A DNA stretch of 64,000 nt from an uncultured bacterium (GTDB lineage Bacteria > Patescibacteriota > Minisyncoccia > Phycocordibacterales > UBA9973). This document shows, one piece after another, positions 9,225 through 17,482 of the stretch. Under the pieces are notes generated by a model. That model was not told the DNA's origin. It saw only the letters and a program-made list of their open reading frames with translations, and did not search any database. Both the position numbers and the translations under genes were made by a program. The stretch lies in contig CALAYS010000157.1 of assembly GCA_937895515.1 (NCBI GenBank), forward strand, positions 12,462-76,461. Direction: 5' to 3'. How positions within the stretch are numbered: position 1 is the first letter of the stretch; every line of letters starts with the position of its first letter.

Positions 9225-9254
9225 TTGACATAAATATCCTAATAAATGTATTAT
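9225..9254 (+). promoter_or_regulatory. promoter TTGACA-N18-(TGt)ATTAT/TATTAT, 8 nt before ATG 9263
   Basis: Consensus -35 plus a TG-extended -10. Confidence 0.55.
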
Positions 9255-9262
9255 TTAGTTAT

Positions 9263-9919
9263 ATGAATGAAAATCCAAAAAAGTTTAACCCATTAGAAGG
9301 TGGTAGTGAAAATAATAAACCATTAACGCCCGAGACAAATACTAACCCTGAAAATTTTGATCTATTGAAAGATTCCTTAGAGAACGGTCAACCTATTAAT
9401 AAGGCTGAAGCTGTAGAAAATTTTAAAGAAACTATGTTTGTTTCTGAAGATAATAACTCAAATTTAGAAAATCCAATTGTTTCGGAAAATGATAAAATCG
9501 AAAAACAACAAAAAACAGAACAACAAATAGCAGATACTAAAACAAAGTTAAATGATTTTTTTGATAAAGCTATTGTTTCTGAAGATAATAACTCAAATTT
9601 AGAAAATCTAATTGTTTCTGAGGATGGTAAACCTATAGAACCTTCACCTGAAATGGAAGTTCCAAAACCACCACAAAAAACAGAAGATTCTAAATTAGAA
9701 GGAGCTCGAAAATATATATTAGACGAACTTGAAAAATTAACTGAACAAGTTGGATTAGATAATGTAGAAGTAACTTATGTTAAGCCCGATGGTATTAAAG
9801 AAGCTGGATATTCTGTTTCAAAAATTGATAAAGAAAATCTACTTGTTTATCTAAAAAATGCCGATGGTAAAGAAATAACTCCTGATCCAAGAGACATTAT
9901 TTTTAAAGCTAAACAATAA
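9263..9919 (+). CDS. acidic repeat-containing hypothetical protein
   Basis: ORF-track start 9212 trimmed to ATG 9263 (MNENPKKF), which sits 8 nt after a TTGACA-N18-TATTAT promoter. Contains two VSEDNNSNLEN(P/L)IVSE repeats. Confidence 0.6.
   Translation: MNENPKKFNPLEGGSENNKPLTPETNTNPENFDLLKDSLENGQPINKAEAVENFKETMFVSEDNNSNLENPIVSENDKIEKQQKTEQQIADTKTKLNDFFDKAIVSEDNNSNLENLIVSEDGKPIEPSPEMEVPKPPQKTEDSKLEGARKYILDELEKLTEQVGLDNVEVTYVKPDGIKEAGYSVSKIDKENLLVYLKNADGKEITPDPRDIIFKAKQ
9438..9486 (+). repeat. 49-bp direct repeat, copy 1
   Basis: 47/49 identical to 9573..9621; encodes VSEDNNSNLENPIVSE. Confidence 0.9.
9573..9621 (+). repeat. 49-bp direct repeat, copy 2
   Basis: See 9438..9486. Confidence 0.9.
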
Positions 9920-9920
9920 T

Positions 9921-11591
9921 TTAATAAACTTCCACTTTTAAGTATTTCATAAAAGGTAGCAAATCGTTTGCTATCTTTTTTGATAATTCATAATCTTTTT
10001 TATTAATTGACCAGTTGTTAGTAGGGAACGAAGCGTGGATTTTTATTTGACCCAAGATACTTTTTTCTATAGAGATTGTTTCTGGAATTGAATGTTGACC
10101 AAGGATTTTTATAATATCTTTTTGAATTTTTTCCACTTTACTGGCGTATGGGTCAAGGTTAAAAATAACATGCCGGCTGTATGGCGGATAATGTAAATCT
10201 TTCCTATTAATTAATTCATTTTTTTGCCAATCAGTATCACTCTGGCTTAAAAATTCTTTTTCATTGTTTTGCATTACGCTAACTATCATTCCATGGGTGC
10301 AATTATTAGCATAATGGATTATGTCTCGAGCTCTTTCAACTGATTCAAAAAATTCGTTATATAGCAAAGCCCCTAAAGACGGAACAATACAAATATCACA
10401 TTCGTTTATTTCATTAATTGTGTTTAATGGCCCAATGATTATTCCACCATTTGTTTGCCAATTTTTGATATCTTTTTGTTTTATATATGTAGAAAAATCA
10501 TAAATATTATCTTTATATTTATTGGGTATAATATTTTGTACATTTTCTATAATCCTCTCTATCCCATAACCCAGTGGGGTTAAATTCCAACTATCACAAT
10601 TAGTACATTTAGCCAGTGCGGTATAGCCTGTTTTACAATTTAAACAAATAAAAATATAATTTCCTGAAATACCATAATTTTTTGCATAATTTCTATTATT
10701 TTTTACAAGCTTTAGTGCATTATTACAATTTGGGCAACTATGAATTTGGCTGCAGTCACCACAAATTGTTTTAGGTGAAAAGTTTTTTGTTGGAGTAATT
10801 ATTAAAATTCTTTTTCCGCCAGCGGGCGGATTTAGATTTTTTAAAATTACTTCTTGAACTGGAAGTGATATTGGAAATTGTTTTTCATTATGTGGTTCAT
10901 CTTCTCTAGAGATTATTCTTAAATCAGTATTTGTGTTTAGTATAGGTTTTTTAATTTGATCAATGTTCCATTCATTGTATCTTAGTCTTGTATTATATGA
11001 TTGAAATGAAATTTTAATTTTTAAAATGTTACATAAAATTACAATAAAAGCCACTGGGTCAAAACCCAAATAAATGTTTCCATAATTAGACAAATTCTCC
11101 GGATCATCAACTATTATATGGGTTATTTTACTTTTTTCATCTTTAAAAAATTCTAAAAATGTTGCAAATGTTGCAACATTTGCAGTATCACTTTGTTTTT
11201 CTAATTTTTTATTTCCAGAAGTTATAATTAATGTTTTAGATTCTTCATTAATTTTAGTTTTTTTAAATTTTATTTCTTTCAAACATGCTCGAATTATGAT
11301 GTCTCTGGAAACCAAAGAATAATAACAAAAATCATTAATTGCGTTTACTACTTCTTTTTTTAAAATAATATTATTTGTTGATTTTTCTATTTTTAATAAT
11401 TTCCAAGGTAATGATTTGATATAACTTTTTTCATCTTGAACATTTTTAACTGAAACTACTAAACTTTTTTCAATACTTTTTTTAATTGGTGCGTCAATAA
11501 TTGTACCAATAGATAATTGATCGCTAGAAATATAAGACAATTCTCCGTCAGGGATTTTTCTTTTAGTTGGGATGACAGTAATTACGTACAT
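9921..11591 (-). CDS. priA: PriA-like primosomal protein N' homolog without a recognisable P-loop
   Basis: Cys-rich region CGDC..CPNC...CLNC...CTNC followed by GYGIERI, as in the PriA CRR. No GxxxxGK[ST]; the DEEH position reads VDDPE. Confidence 0.65.
   Translation of the reverse strand: MYVITVIPTKRKIPDGELSYISSDQLSIGTIIDAPIKKSIEKSLVVSVKNVQDEKSYIKSLPWKLLKIEKSTNNIILKKEVVNAINDFCYYSLVSRDIIIRACLKEIKFKKTKINEESKTLIITSGNKKLEKQSDTANVATFATFLEFFKDEKSKITHIIVDDPENLSNYGNIYLGFDPVAFIVILCNILKIKISFQSYNTRLRYNEWNIDQIKKPILNTNTDLRIISREDEPHNEKQFPISLPVQEVILKNLNPPAGGKRILIITPTKNFSPKTICGDCSQIHSCPNCNNALKLVKNNRNYAKNYGISGNYIFICLNCKTGYTALAKCTNCDSWNLTPLGYGIERIIENVQNIIPNKYKDNIYDFSTYIKQKDIKNWQTNGGIIIGPLNTINEINECDICIVPSLGALLYNEFFESVERARDIIHYANNCTHGMIVSVMQNNEKEFLSQSDTDWQKNELINRKDLHYPPYSRHVIFNLDPYASKVEKIQKDIIKILGQHSIPETISIEKSILGQIKIHASFPTNNWSINKKDYELSKKIANDLLPFMKYLKVEVY
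10815..10830. repeat. GC-rich palindromic element TCCGCCAGCGGGCGGA inside priA
   Basis: With flanks, 20/21 nt match the inverted copy at 13097..13117. Encodes NPPAGGK on the priA coding strand. Confidence 0.85.
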
Positions 11592-11597
11592 AGATGT

Positions 11598-11606
11598 ATT
11601 TTAGCA
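11598..11606 (-). promoter_or_regulatory. extended -10 TGcTAAAAT, 6 nt before the priA ATG 11591
   Basis: Motif and spacing. Confidence 0.6.
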
Positions 11607-11640
11607 TAAAAAGCACCCACTATAATACTCTTAATTTTTA

Positions 11641-11649
11641 TGCTATAGT
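11641..11649 (+). promoter_or_regulatory. extended -10 TGcTATAGT, 8 nt before the mreB ATG 11658
   Basis: Motif and spacing; divergent from the priA promoter. Confidence 0.6.
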
Positions 11650-11657
11650 AGCCCCAT

Positions 11658-12674
11658 ATGTCACTTTTTCGGAAAAAACTTGGAATTGATTTAGGTACAG
11701 CCAATACTCTGGTGTATGTTCCTGGTAAAGGAATAGTACTTTGTGAACCCAGTGTTGTTGCTGTTAGTGAACAAGATAATAAGATTTTGGCTGTGGGTAA
11801 CGATGCTAAAGATATGATTGGTAAGACCCCAGATTCTATTATAGCTTACCGGCCTATGCGTGATGGAGTAATTGCTGATTATCGGGTTACCGAAGCAATG
11901 CTACGCTACTATATAACTAAAGCTTTAGGTAAATGGTCATTTGTCCGTCCTGATGTATTAATCTCTGTTCCAGCTGGAATTACTTCAACCGAAAGACGCG
12001 CTGTTATAGAAGCTGCGCTTAAAGCCGGGGCAAAAAATGCTTATGTTGCCAAAGAACCAATTTTGGCGGCTATTGGCGCTGGAATTCCTATTTATGAATC
12101 TCACGGTCATATGGTAGTGGATATTGGTGGTGGTACTACTGATGTTGCGGTAATATCTTTGGGCGGAATTGTGGCTTCAACATCGGTTAAATGTGCGGGT
12201 AATAAACTAGATACAGCCATAACTGATTTTATTAAAAAATCTTTTAATTTAGCAATTGGAGATAGAACAGCCGAGCAAATAAAAATAAGAGTTGCTTCTG
12301 CTGTACCAGTAGATGATGAAATCACAATGCTTATCAAAGGCCGAGACTATATAACAGGGCTTCCAAGAACTGCCCAAGTAACAACTAATGAAATTTGCCG
12401 AGCAATTGATAAAGAATTACGAATGATGGTTAAAGCCATTAAAGATGTACTCCAAGAAACTCCTCCGGAACTTGCTGCTGATATAATTGATCATGGTATT
12501 ATTATGACTGGTGGGACTTCACAGTTGCGATCACTTCCAGAATTGGTTTATCGCCGTACTGGTGTCAAAGCTCGTCTAGCTGATGACCCAATGTTGTGTG
12601 TTGCCAAAGGCACCGGTGAAGCATTGGAGCATCTTGATATGTACAAGCGCGCATTACTTTTAAAACAAAAATAA
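11658..12674 (+). CDS. mreB: rod shape-determining protein MreB
   Basis: GIDLGTANTLVY, DIGGGTTDVAV and MTGGTSQL actin-fold motifs. Confidence 0.96.
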   Translation: MSLFRKKLGIDLGTANTLVYVPGKGIVLCEPSVVAVSEQDNKILAVGNDAKDMIGKTPDSIIAYRPMRDGVIADYRVTEAMLRYYITKALGKWSFVRPDVLISVPAGITSTERRAVIEAALKAGAKNAYVAKEPILAAIGAGIPIYESHGHMVVDIGGGTTDVAVISLGGIVASTSVKCAGNKLDTAITDFIKKSFNLAIGDRTAEQIKIRVASAVPVDDEITMLIKGRDYITGLPRTAQVTTNEICRAIDKELRMMVKAIKDVLQETPPELAADIIDHGIIMTGGTSQLRSLPELVYRRTGVKARLADDPMLCVAKGTGEALEHLDMYKRALLLKQK

Positions 12675-12688
12675 ATTAGTAATATATT

Positions 12689-13372
12689 ATGGAAAATTTA
12701 AATCCATTTTCTGTTATTCTAAAAAAAGAAAATCTTTCCCATGCTTATTTGTTTTTGGGAAATTTTGAGCAAAATAAAATTAATTTTGAAGAATCTTTAT
12801 TGTCTTTGGGTGTAAAAATAAATACGCCAGGGAATTTTATTTTTATTGGTAATACTTTTGGTAAAGATGATGCTGATCAATTAAATAGTTGGTATACAAA
12901 AGGCGCTACAGCGGACAGTCCTTATACAATAGCTGTAATTTCAGCCGGAACATTAAAAATAGAAGCCCAGCAATTGTTGTTAAAAGTTTTTGAAGAAGCT
13001 CGCCGCCCTTATATATTTTTCTTATTTGCTCCATATGGGACAGAGATATTGCCGACTATAAAATCTCGCTGTAGTTTAGTTGAGCTTGATTCTGTGAATC
13101 CGCCAGCTGGCGGAAAAGAAATCCAAAAATTTATAAAAATGACAGCAGGGGATCGTGTTAAATATGTAGCCGAACAAATAAAAAATAAAGAAAGTTCAGA
13201 TATTAGAATTTATACCGAAGAATTAGTTCGAGGTTTAATAAATCATTTTCATAGTGATAGTTTTAAAAATAATAAACAAATTTTAGAAAATTTATTAAAA
13301 GCCCAAAACTCATTAGCCTCTGGTCACATCGCCCCTAAGTTTATTTTAGATTATGTGGTTACTGTGATATAA
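12689..13372 (+). CDS. holB: DNA polymerase III delta' subunit-like protein
   Basis: SHAYLFLG and LLKVFEEARRPYIFFLF....ILPTIKSRC match clamp-loader delta' motifs; no intact Walker A. Confidence 0.7.
   Translation: MENLNPFSVILKKENLSHAYLFLGNFEQNKINFEESLLSLGVKINTPGNFIFIGNTFGKDDADQLNSWYTKGATADSPYTIAVISAGTLKIEAQQLLLKVFEEARRPYIFFLFAPYGTEILPTIKSRCSLVELDSVNPPAGGKEIQKFIKMTAGDRVKYVAEQIKNKESSDIRIYTEELVRGLINHFHSDSFKNNKQILENLLKAQNSLASGHIAPKFILDYVVTVI
13099..13114. repeat. GC-rich perfect palindrome TCCGCCAGCTGGCGGA inside holB
   Basis: Encodes NPPAGGK in holB. Confidence 0.85.
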
Positions 13373-13383
13373 TAGTTTTATAT

Positions 13384-13908
13384 ATGATTAAAGAAGCACA
13401 AATAGAATTTAAGAAAATTGAAGAATGGTTAACAAATGAATATGGTCAAATCCATTCTGGCCGAGCAACACCAATGGTACTTGATGGTTTGCAAGTTGAA
13501 CTATATGACATGATGCAACCAGTTAGAAATGTTGCAAGTATTTCAATTGAAGACCCAAAGACTATTCGAATCGCTCCTTGGGATAAAAATGCTGTTAAAG
13601 CCATTGAAAAAGCTTTAACTGATTCAAATCTTGGATTGGGGGTAGTTGCGGATTCTGATGGTATCAGATTGATTTTCCCAGCTCTTACTACAGAGCGCCG
13701 TCAACAAACTGTAAAAATTTTAGGCCAACTTCAAGAAGAAGCTCGAATTCGTGTACGCAAAGTCCGTGGTGATTTTATGGATGAACTAAAAGATTTACCC
13801 GAAGATGATCAGCGCCGAGGTAAAGATGACATTCAAAAATTAGTTGATGCTACAAATGCAAATCTAGAAGCAATCTTTAATAAAAAAGAAGTTGAAGTAA
13901 TGAATTAA
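13384..13908 (+). CDS. frr: ribosome recycling factor
   Basis: HSGRATPMVLD and RIAPWDKNAVKAIEKALTDSNLGL are typical of RRF. Confidence 0.92.
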   Translation: MIKEAQIEFKKIEEWLTNEYGQIHSGRATPMVLDGLQVELYDMMQPVRNVASISIEDPKTIRIAPWDKNAVKAIEKALTDSNLGLGVVADSDGIRLIFPALTTERRQQTVKILGQLQEEARIRVRKVRGDFMDELKDLPEDDQRRGKDDIQKLVDATNANLEAIFNKKEVEVMN

Positions 13909-13916
13909 TCCCAAAA

Positions 13917-14954
13917 ATGAATATCATAATTTTTATAGTAGTACTATTGGTTGTTGTAATTGTGCACGAGTACGGGCATTTTTTTGCTGCACGTAGTATG
14001 GGTATGCATGTTAGTGAATTTGCTTTTGGTTTTCCACCAAAACTTTTTGGGTTCAAGCGTGGGTCTACTCAGTATTCTATAAATTTAATTCCTCTTGGTG
14101 GATATGTTTTAATTGATGGACAAGATGGTGTTGACGATGATCCAAATAAAGACCATAGTAAAAGTTTTCATAATAAAACACGATTGGCTCAAATTTGGGT
14201 TTTGTTTGCAGGGCCATTAATGAATATTGTATTGGCGTATATTTTAATTGTTGGTTCATATTTAGGGGTTCATAAAATAGAGTCTAGTGTGGTTTCGCCA
14301 GTTGTGGTTTTAGAAGTTACCAAAGGCAGTCCTGCTGAAATTGCTGGAATAAAATCTGGAGATAGAATAATAAACATCACAACCCCAGAAGAAATTCAAA
14401 AAATAGTTTCAAATAGTGGTGAGAGTTTAACTTTACCAATATTGCGTAATAATGAACAAATTGATATTACTGTAATTCCAAATACTGATGTATCTGGAAA
14501 CAAAAAAATAGGTGTATCGCTTGGTACACTAGATTCTAAAAAATTATCTTTTGGAAAAGCCCTAATTCAATCAGCTAAAGATACTTATTTAATTACAAAA
14601 CAAACAATCAATGGATTTGGCCAAATGTTTGGTAAATTGTTTACTGGTCATAGTGTTAAAGATTCTCTTATGGGCCCAGTTGGTATAGCTAAACAGGTGG
14701 GGACTGTGGCTAATTTTGGATTTAGTTATTTATTAACATTTACTGCAATTATTTCTATAAATCTTGGAATACTAAATTTGTTGCCATTGCCAGCATTAGA
14801 TGGTGGACGAATATTTATAACTATTATTGAATCTATTCGTAAAAAAAGCTTTTCTAAAAAAGTCATCGGTACTATTCATACCATTGGATTTTTTACGCTT
14901 ATGGCTTTGCTGGTATTTATAACAATTCTTGATGTTGTAAAAATATTTAAATAA
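13917..14954 (+). CDS. rseP: site-2 (M50) zinc metalloprotease RseP-like
   Basis: HEYGHFFAAR (HExxH), central PDZ-like GSPAEIAGIKSGDRI, NLLPLPALDGGRI. Confidence 0.9.
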   Translation: MNIIIFIVVLLVVVIVHEYGHFFAARSMGMHVSEFAFGFPPKLFGFKRGSTQYSINLIPLGGYVLIDGQDGVDDDPNKDHSKSFHNKTRLAQIWVLFAGPLMNIVLAYILIVGSYLGVHKIESSVVSPVVVLEVTKGSPAEIAGIKSGDRIINITTPEEIQKIVSNSGESLTLPILRNNEQIDITVIPNTDVSGNKKIGVSLGTLDSKKLSFGKALIQSAKDTYLITKQTINGFGQMFGKLFTGHSVKDSLMGPVGIAKQVGTVANFGFSYLLTFTAIISINLGILNLLPLPALDGGRIFITIIESIRKKSFSKKVIGTIHTIGFFTLMALLVFITILDVVKIFK

Positions 14955-14990
14955 AAAACGCGGGCAAAACCCGCGCATTGTTATATTATT
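14955..14990. terminator. intrinsic terminator between convergent genes
   Basis: CGCGGG-caaaa-CCCGCG flanked by an A-run and a T-rich run. Confidence 0.7.
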
Positions 14991-14996
14991 TTATTT

Positions 14997-15446
14997 TTAT
15001 GGTCCTGTTTTTATTATTCCGTTTGAAAAAATTTCAAACCAAGGTTTTAGAATCTCTCTTATAAAAAACCCGGTAACAAGTCCTATTGAACTTGCCAGTG
15101 GGTAGTAATAGAGATTATTAAAGTATAAACATAAAATAATTAGTATCACCATACTTATGTACCTAATTATTTGTTTTTTTATGAGTACTCCGTAAATTAA
15201 CACAAAAAAACAATTCATTACAAGTAATGGCCATGTATTCTGGGCATGGCACCATTTTTCTATTTTTGGGTTAATAATTAATTCTATATTTGCAATTATT
15301 AACAATGTAAAAATAGAAATAAAGAATTTATTATCCCAAAACCAATCTACAATTTTTTTAAACCAGTTTACAAGCTGGTCAAATCTGTTTTCTTTTTCCA
15401 GGATTCCGTTATAACGAATATCCGGATCATTTACTTTCGTTTTCAT
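14997..15446 (-). CDS. hypothetical multi-pass membrane protein
   Basis: Start moved from TTG 15467 to ATG 15446 (MKTKVND), preceded by AAGGAA. Several hydrophobic helices. Confidence 0.55.
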   Translation of the reverse strand: MKTKVNDPDIRYNGILEKENRFDQLVNWFKKIVDWFWDNKFFISIFTLLIIANIELIINPKIEKWCHAQNTWPLLVMNCFFVLIYGVLIKKQIIRYISMVILIILCLYFNNLYYYPLASSIGLVTGFFIREILKPWFEIFSNGIIKTGP

Positions 15447-15608
15447 GATGTTCCTTTTTATATACAATAACTAATACAAATAATTATGTCAATAGGTGAG
15501 TGTATTATCAATATTTGCTATTTTAATAGAAATCTGGTATTATAACCTTTATAAATATGCGGTTTAACGCGTGTTTTATTTTTTACTCAAAATAATACTA
15601 TTTTAAAA

Positions 15609-17408
15609 ATGGAAATTCGAAATATCGCAATCATTGCCCACGTTGACCATGGAAAAACAACATTAACTGACAAATTAATGCAGTTTTGTGGATCAGGTGA
15701 AGCTGGCTCTACTATGGACACAAACGATCTTGAAAAAGAGCGCGGTATTACGATTTATTCTAAAAACACTTCTGTTAACTGGAAAGGTACAAAAATTAAC
15801 ATTATTGATACTCCAGGTCACGCGGACTTTGGGTCTGAAGTTGAACGTGTTTTAAAATCAATTGATTCTGTATTATTACTTGTTGATGCTCAAGAAGGTC
15901 CAATGCCTCAAACTCGTTTCGTATTAAAAAAATCTCTTGAACTTGGTTTAAAGCCAATTGTTGTATTAAACAAAATTGATAAACCAGCAGCTAACCCAGC
16001 TCGGGCACATGATGAAATTTTAGAATTATTTATTGAACTTGGTGCAGGGGATGATCAATTAGATTTTCCAATGATTTATGCTATTGGCCGTGAAGGTGTA
16101 GCTATGAAAAACCTAGAAGATGAACGTAAAGATTTATCACCACTACTAGACATGATAATTGAACATGTCCCAAACGCTGTTAAAAATGAAAACATGCCTG
16201 TTCAAGCTCAAGTTTTTTCACTTGGCTATGATTCATTCTTAGGGCGTCTTGGTATCGTTCGAGTTTATGCTGGTGATTTAAAAAATAATAGTGAAGTTTT
16301 TATTCATACAGCAGATGGGACTCTTCGTCCAGGTAAAATAAATAAAATATTTCAATTTGAAGGTGTAAACCGTGTTTCTACTGAAGTTCTAACTGCTGGA
16401 AACATTGGAGTTGTTGCTGGAATCCCAGATATTACAATTAGTGAGACTATAGTTGATTCAAAAAGCACTCCTTCTATGGGTGATATTACAATTGATGAAC
16501 CAACAATTTCACTACGATTCTTAGTTAATGATTCACCATTTGCTGGACGCGAAGGTAAATATGTTACATCACGCCAAATCCGTGAAAGACTTGAAAGAGA
16601 GCTTGAAGTTAACGTTGGTCTTCGTGTTGATTTCCAAGAAGATGGTTCATCTATGGTATATGGCCGTGGAGAATTACACATTGCGGTACTTCTTGAACAA
16701 ATGCGTCGCGAAGGTTATGAAATCCAAGTTTCTCAACCACAAGCAATTGTAAAAACAATCGATGGTGTTAAAAGTGAACCTTATGAAGAAGTTACTATTG
16801 ATGTTCCAACAGAATATTCAGGTGCAGTTCTTGAAAAAATGACACGCCGCCGAGGTCTTATAACTAACATGACAGAGCGTGAAGGTATAACTCGTGTTAC
16901 TCTTGAAGTTCCAACTCGTGGACTTTTGGGTTATCGTAGTCAATTCGTTATTGATACAAAAGGTCTTGGAATTATTTCTTCAAGATTTGTAGGTTTCAAA
17001 GACTATGCTGGTGAAATATCCCACAACGATGTTGGTTCAATGACATCAATGATGAGCGGTAAAGCTGTAGCTTTTGCATTATGGAATCTAGAAGAACGTG
17101 GAGTTTTATATATAGGTCATGGAACTGAAGTCTATGAAGGTATGGTTATCGGTAACACATTAAAAGGTGACGAACTAGCTGTGAATCCAATCAAAGGAAA
17201 ACAACTTACTAACATGCGTGCATCTGGTACAGATGAATCAATCTCATTAAAACCACCTTATACTTTAACAATTGAAAGGGGACTAGAGACAATGAAATGG
17301 GATGAGTATCTAGAAATCACACCTAAAAGCGTCCGTCTTCGAAAAAAGTTTTTAACTGAGCAGGAACGATCTAAGAACAAACGCCAAACAATAGATGGGG
17401 ATAAATAA
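15609..17408 (+). CDS. typA: translational GTPase TypA/BipA
   Basis: AHVDHGKTTL, DTPGHADF and NKID G-motifs, with BipA-type C-terminal domains; 599 aa. Confidence 0.96.
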   Translation: MEIRNIAIIAHVDHGKTTLTDKLMQFCGSGEAGSTMDTNDLEKERGITIYSKNTSVNWKGTKINIIDTPGHADFGSEVERVLKSIDSVLLLVDAQEGPMPQTRFVLKKSLELGLKPIVVLNKIDKPAANPARAHDEILELFIELGAGDDQLDFPMIYAIGREGVAMKNLEDERKDLSPLLDMIIEHVPNAVKNENMPVQAQVFSLGYDSFLGRLGIVRVYAGDLKNNSEVFIHTADGTLRPGKINKIFQFEGVNRVSTEVLTAGNIGVVAGIPDITISETIVDSKSTPSMGDITIDEPTISLRFLVNDSPFAGREGKYVTSRQIRERLERELEVNVGLRVDFQEDGSSMVYGRGELHIAVLLEQMRREGYEIQVSQPQAIVKTIDGVKSEPYEEVTIDVPTEYSGAVLEKMTRRRGLITNMTEREGITRVTLEVPTRGLLGYRSQFVIDTKGLGIISSRFVGFKDYAGEISHNDVGSMTSMMSGKAVAFALWNLEERGVLYIGHGTEVYEGMVIGNTLKGDELAVNPIKGKQLTNMRASGTDESISLKPPYTLTIERGLETMKWDEYLEITPKSVRLRKKFLTEQERSKNKRQTIDGDK

Positions 17409-17412
17409 ACAT

Positions 17413-17441
17413 TTGACATTATATTAGATATAACATATAAT
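17413..17441 (+). promoter_or_regulatory. perfect consensus promoter TTGACA-N17-TATAAT upstream of 17483
   Basis: Exact hexamers with 17-nt spacing; 41 nt between the -10 and the ATG. Confidence 0.7.
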
Positions 17442-17482
17442 GAAAAAAGAAATAAAATTATTATTAATTTCAATCGTATAAA

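Noticed and set aside
15557-15590. GCGGTTTAACGCGTG plus a T-run upstream of typA, as a possible attenuator or riboswitch.
   Set aside because: The stem is only 3-4 bp. No convincing alternative structures exist, and a TACTAT box 7 nt before the ATG suggests a leaderless transcript instead.
17440-17481. 13-codon uORF (MKKEIKLLLISIV) upstream of the sigma-r4/HARE-HTH gene.
   Set aside because: Its ATG overlaps the last bases of the perfect -10 hexamer. It would therefore lie upstream of the predicted TSS and not be in the transcript.
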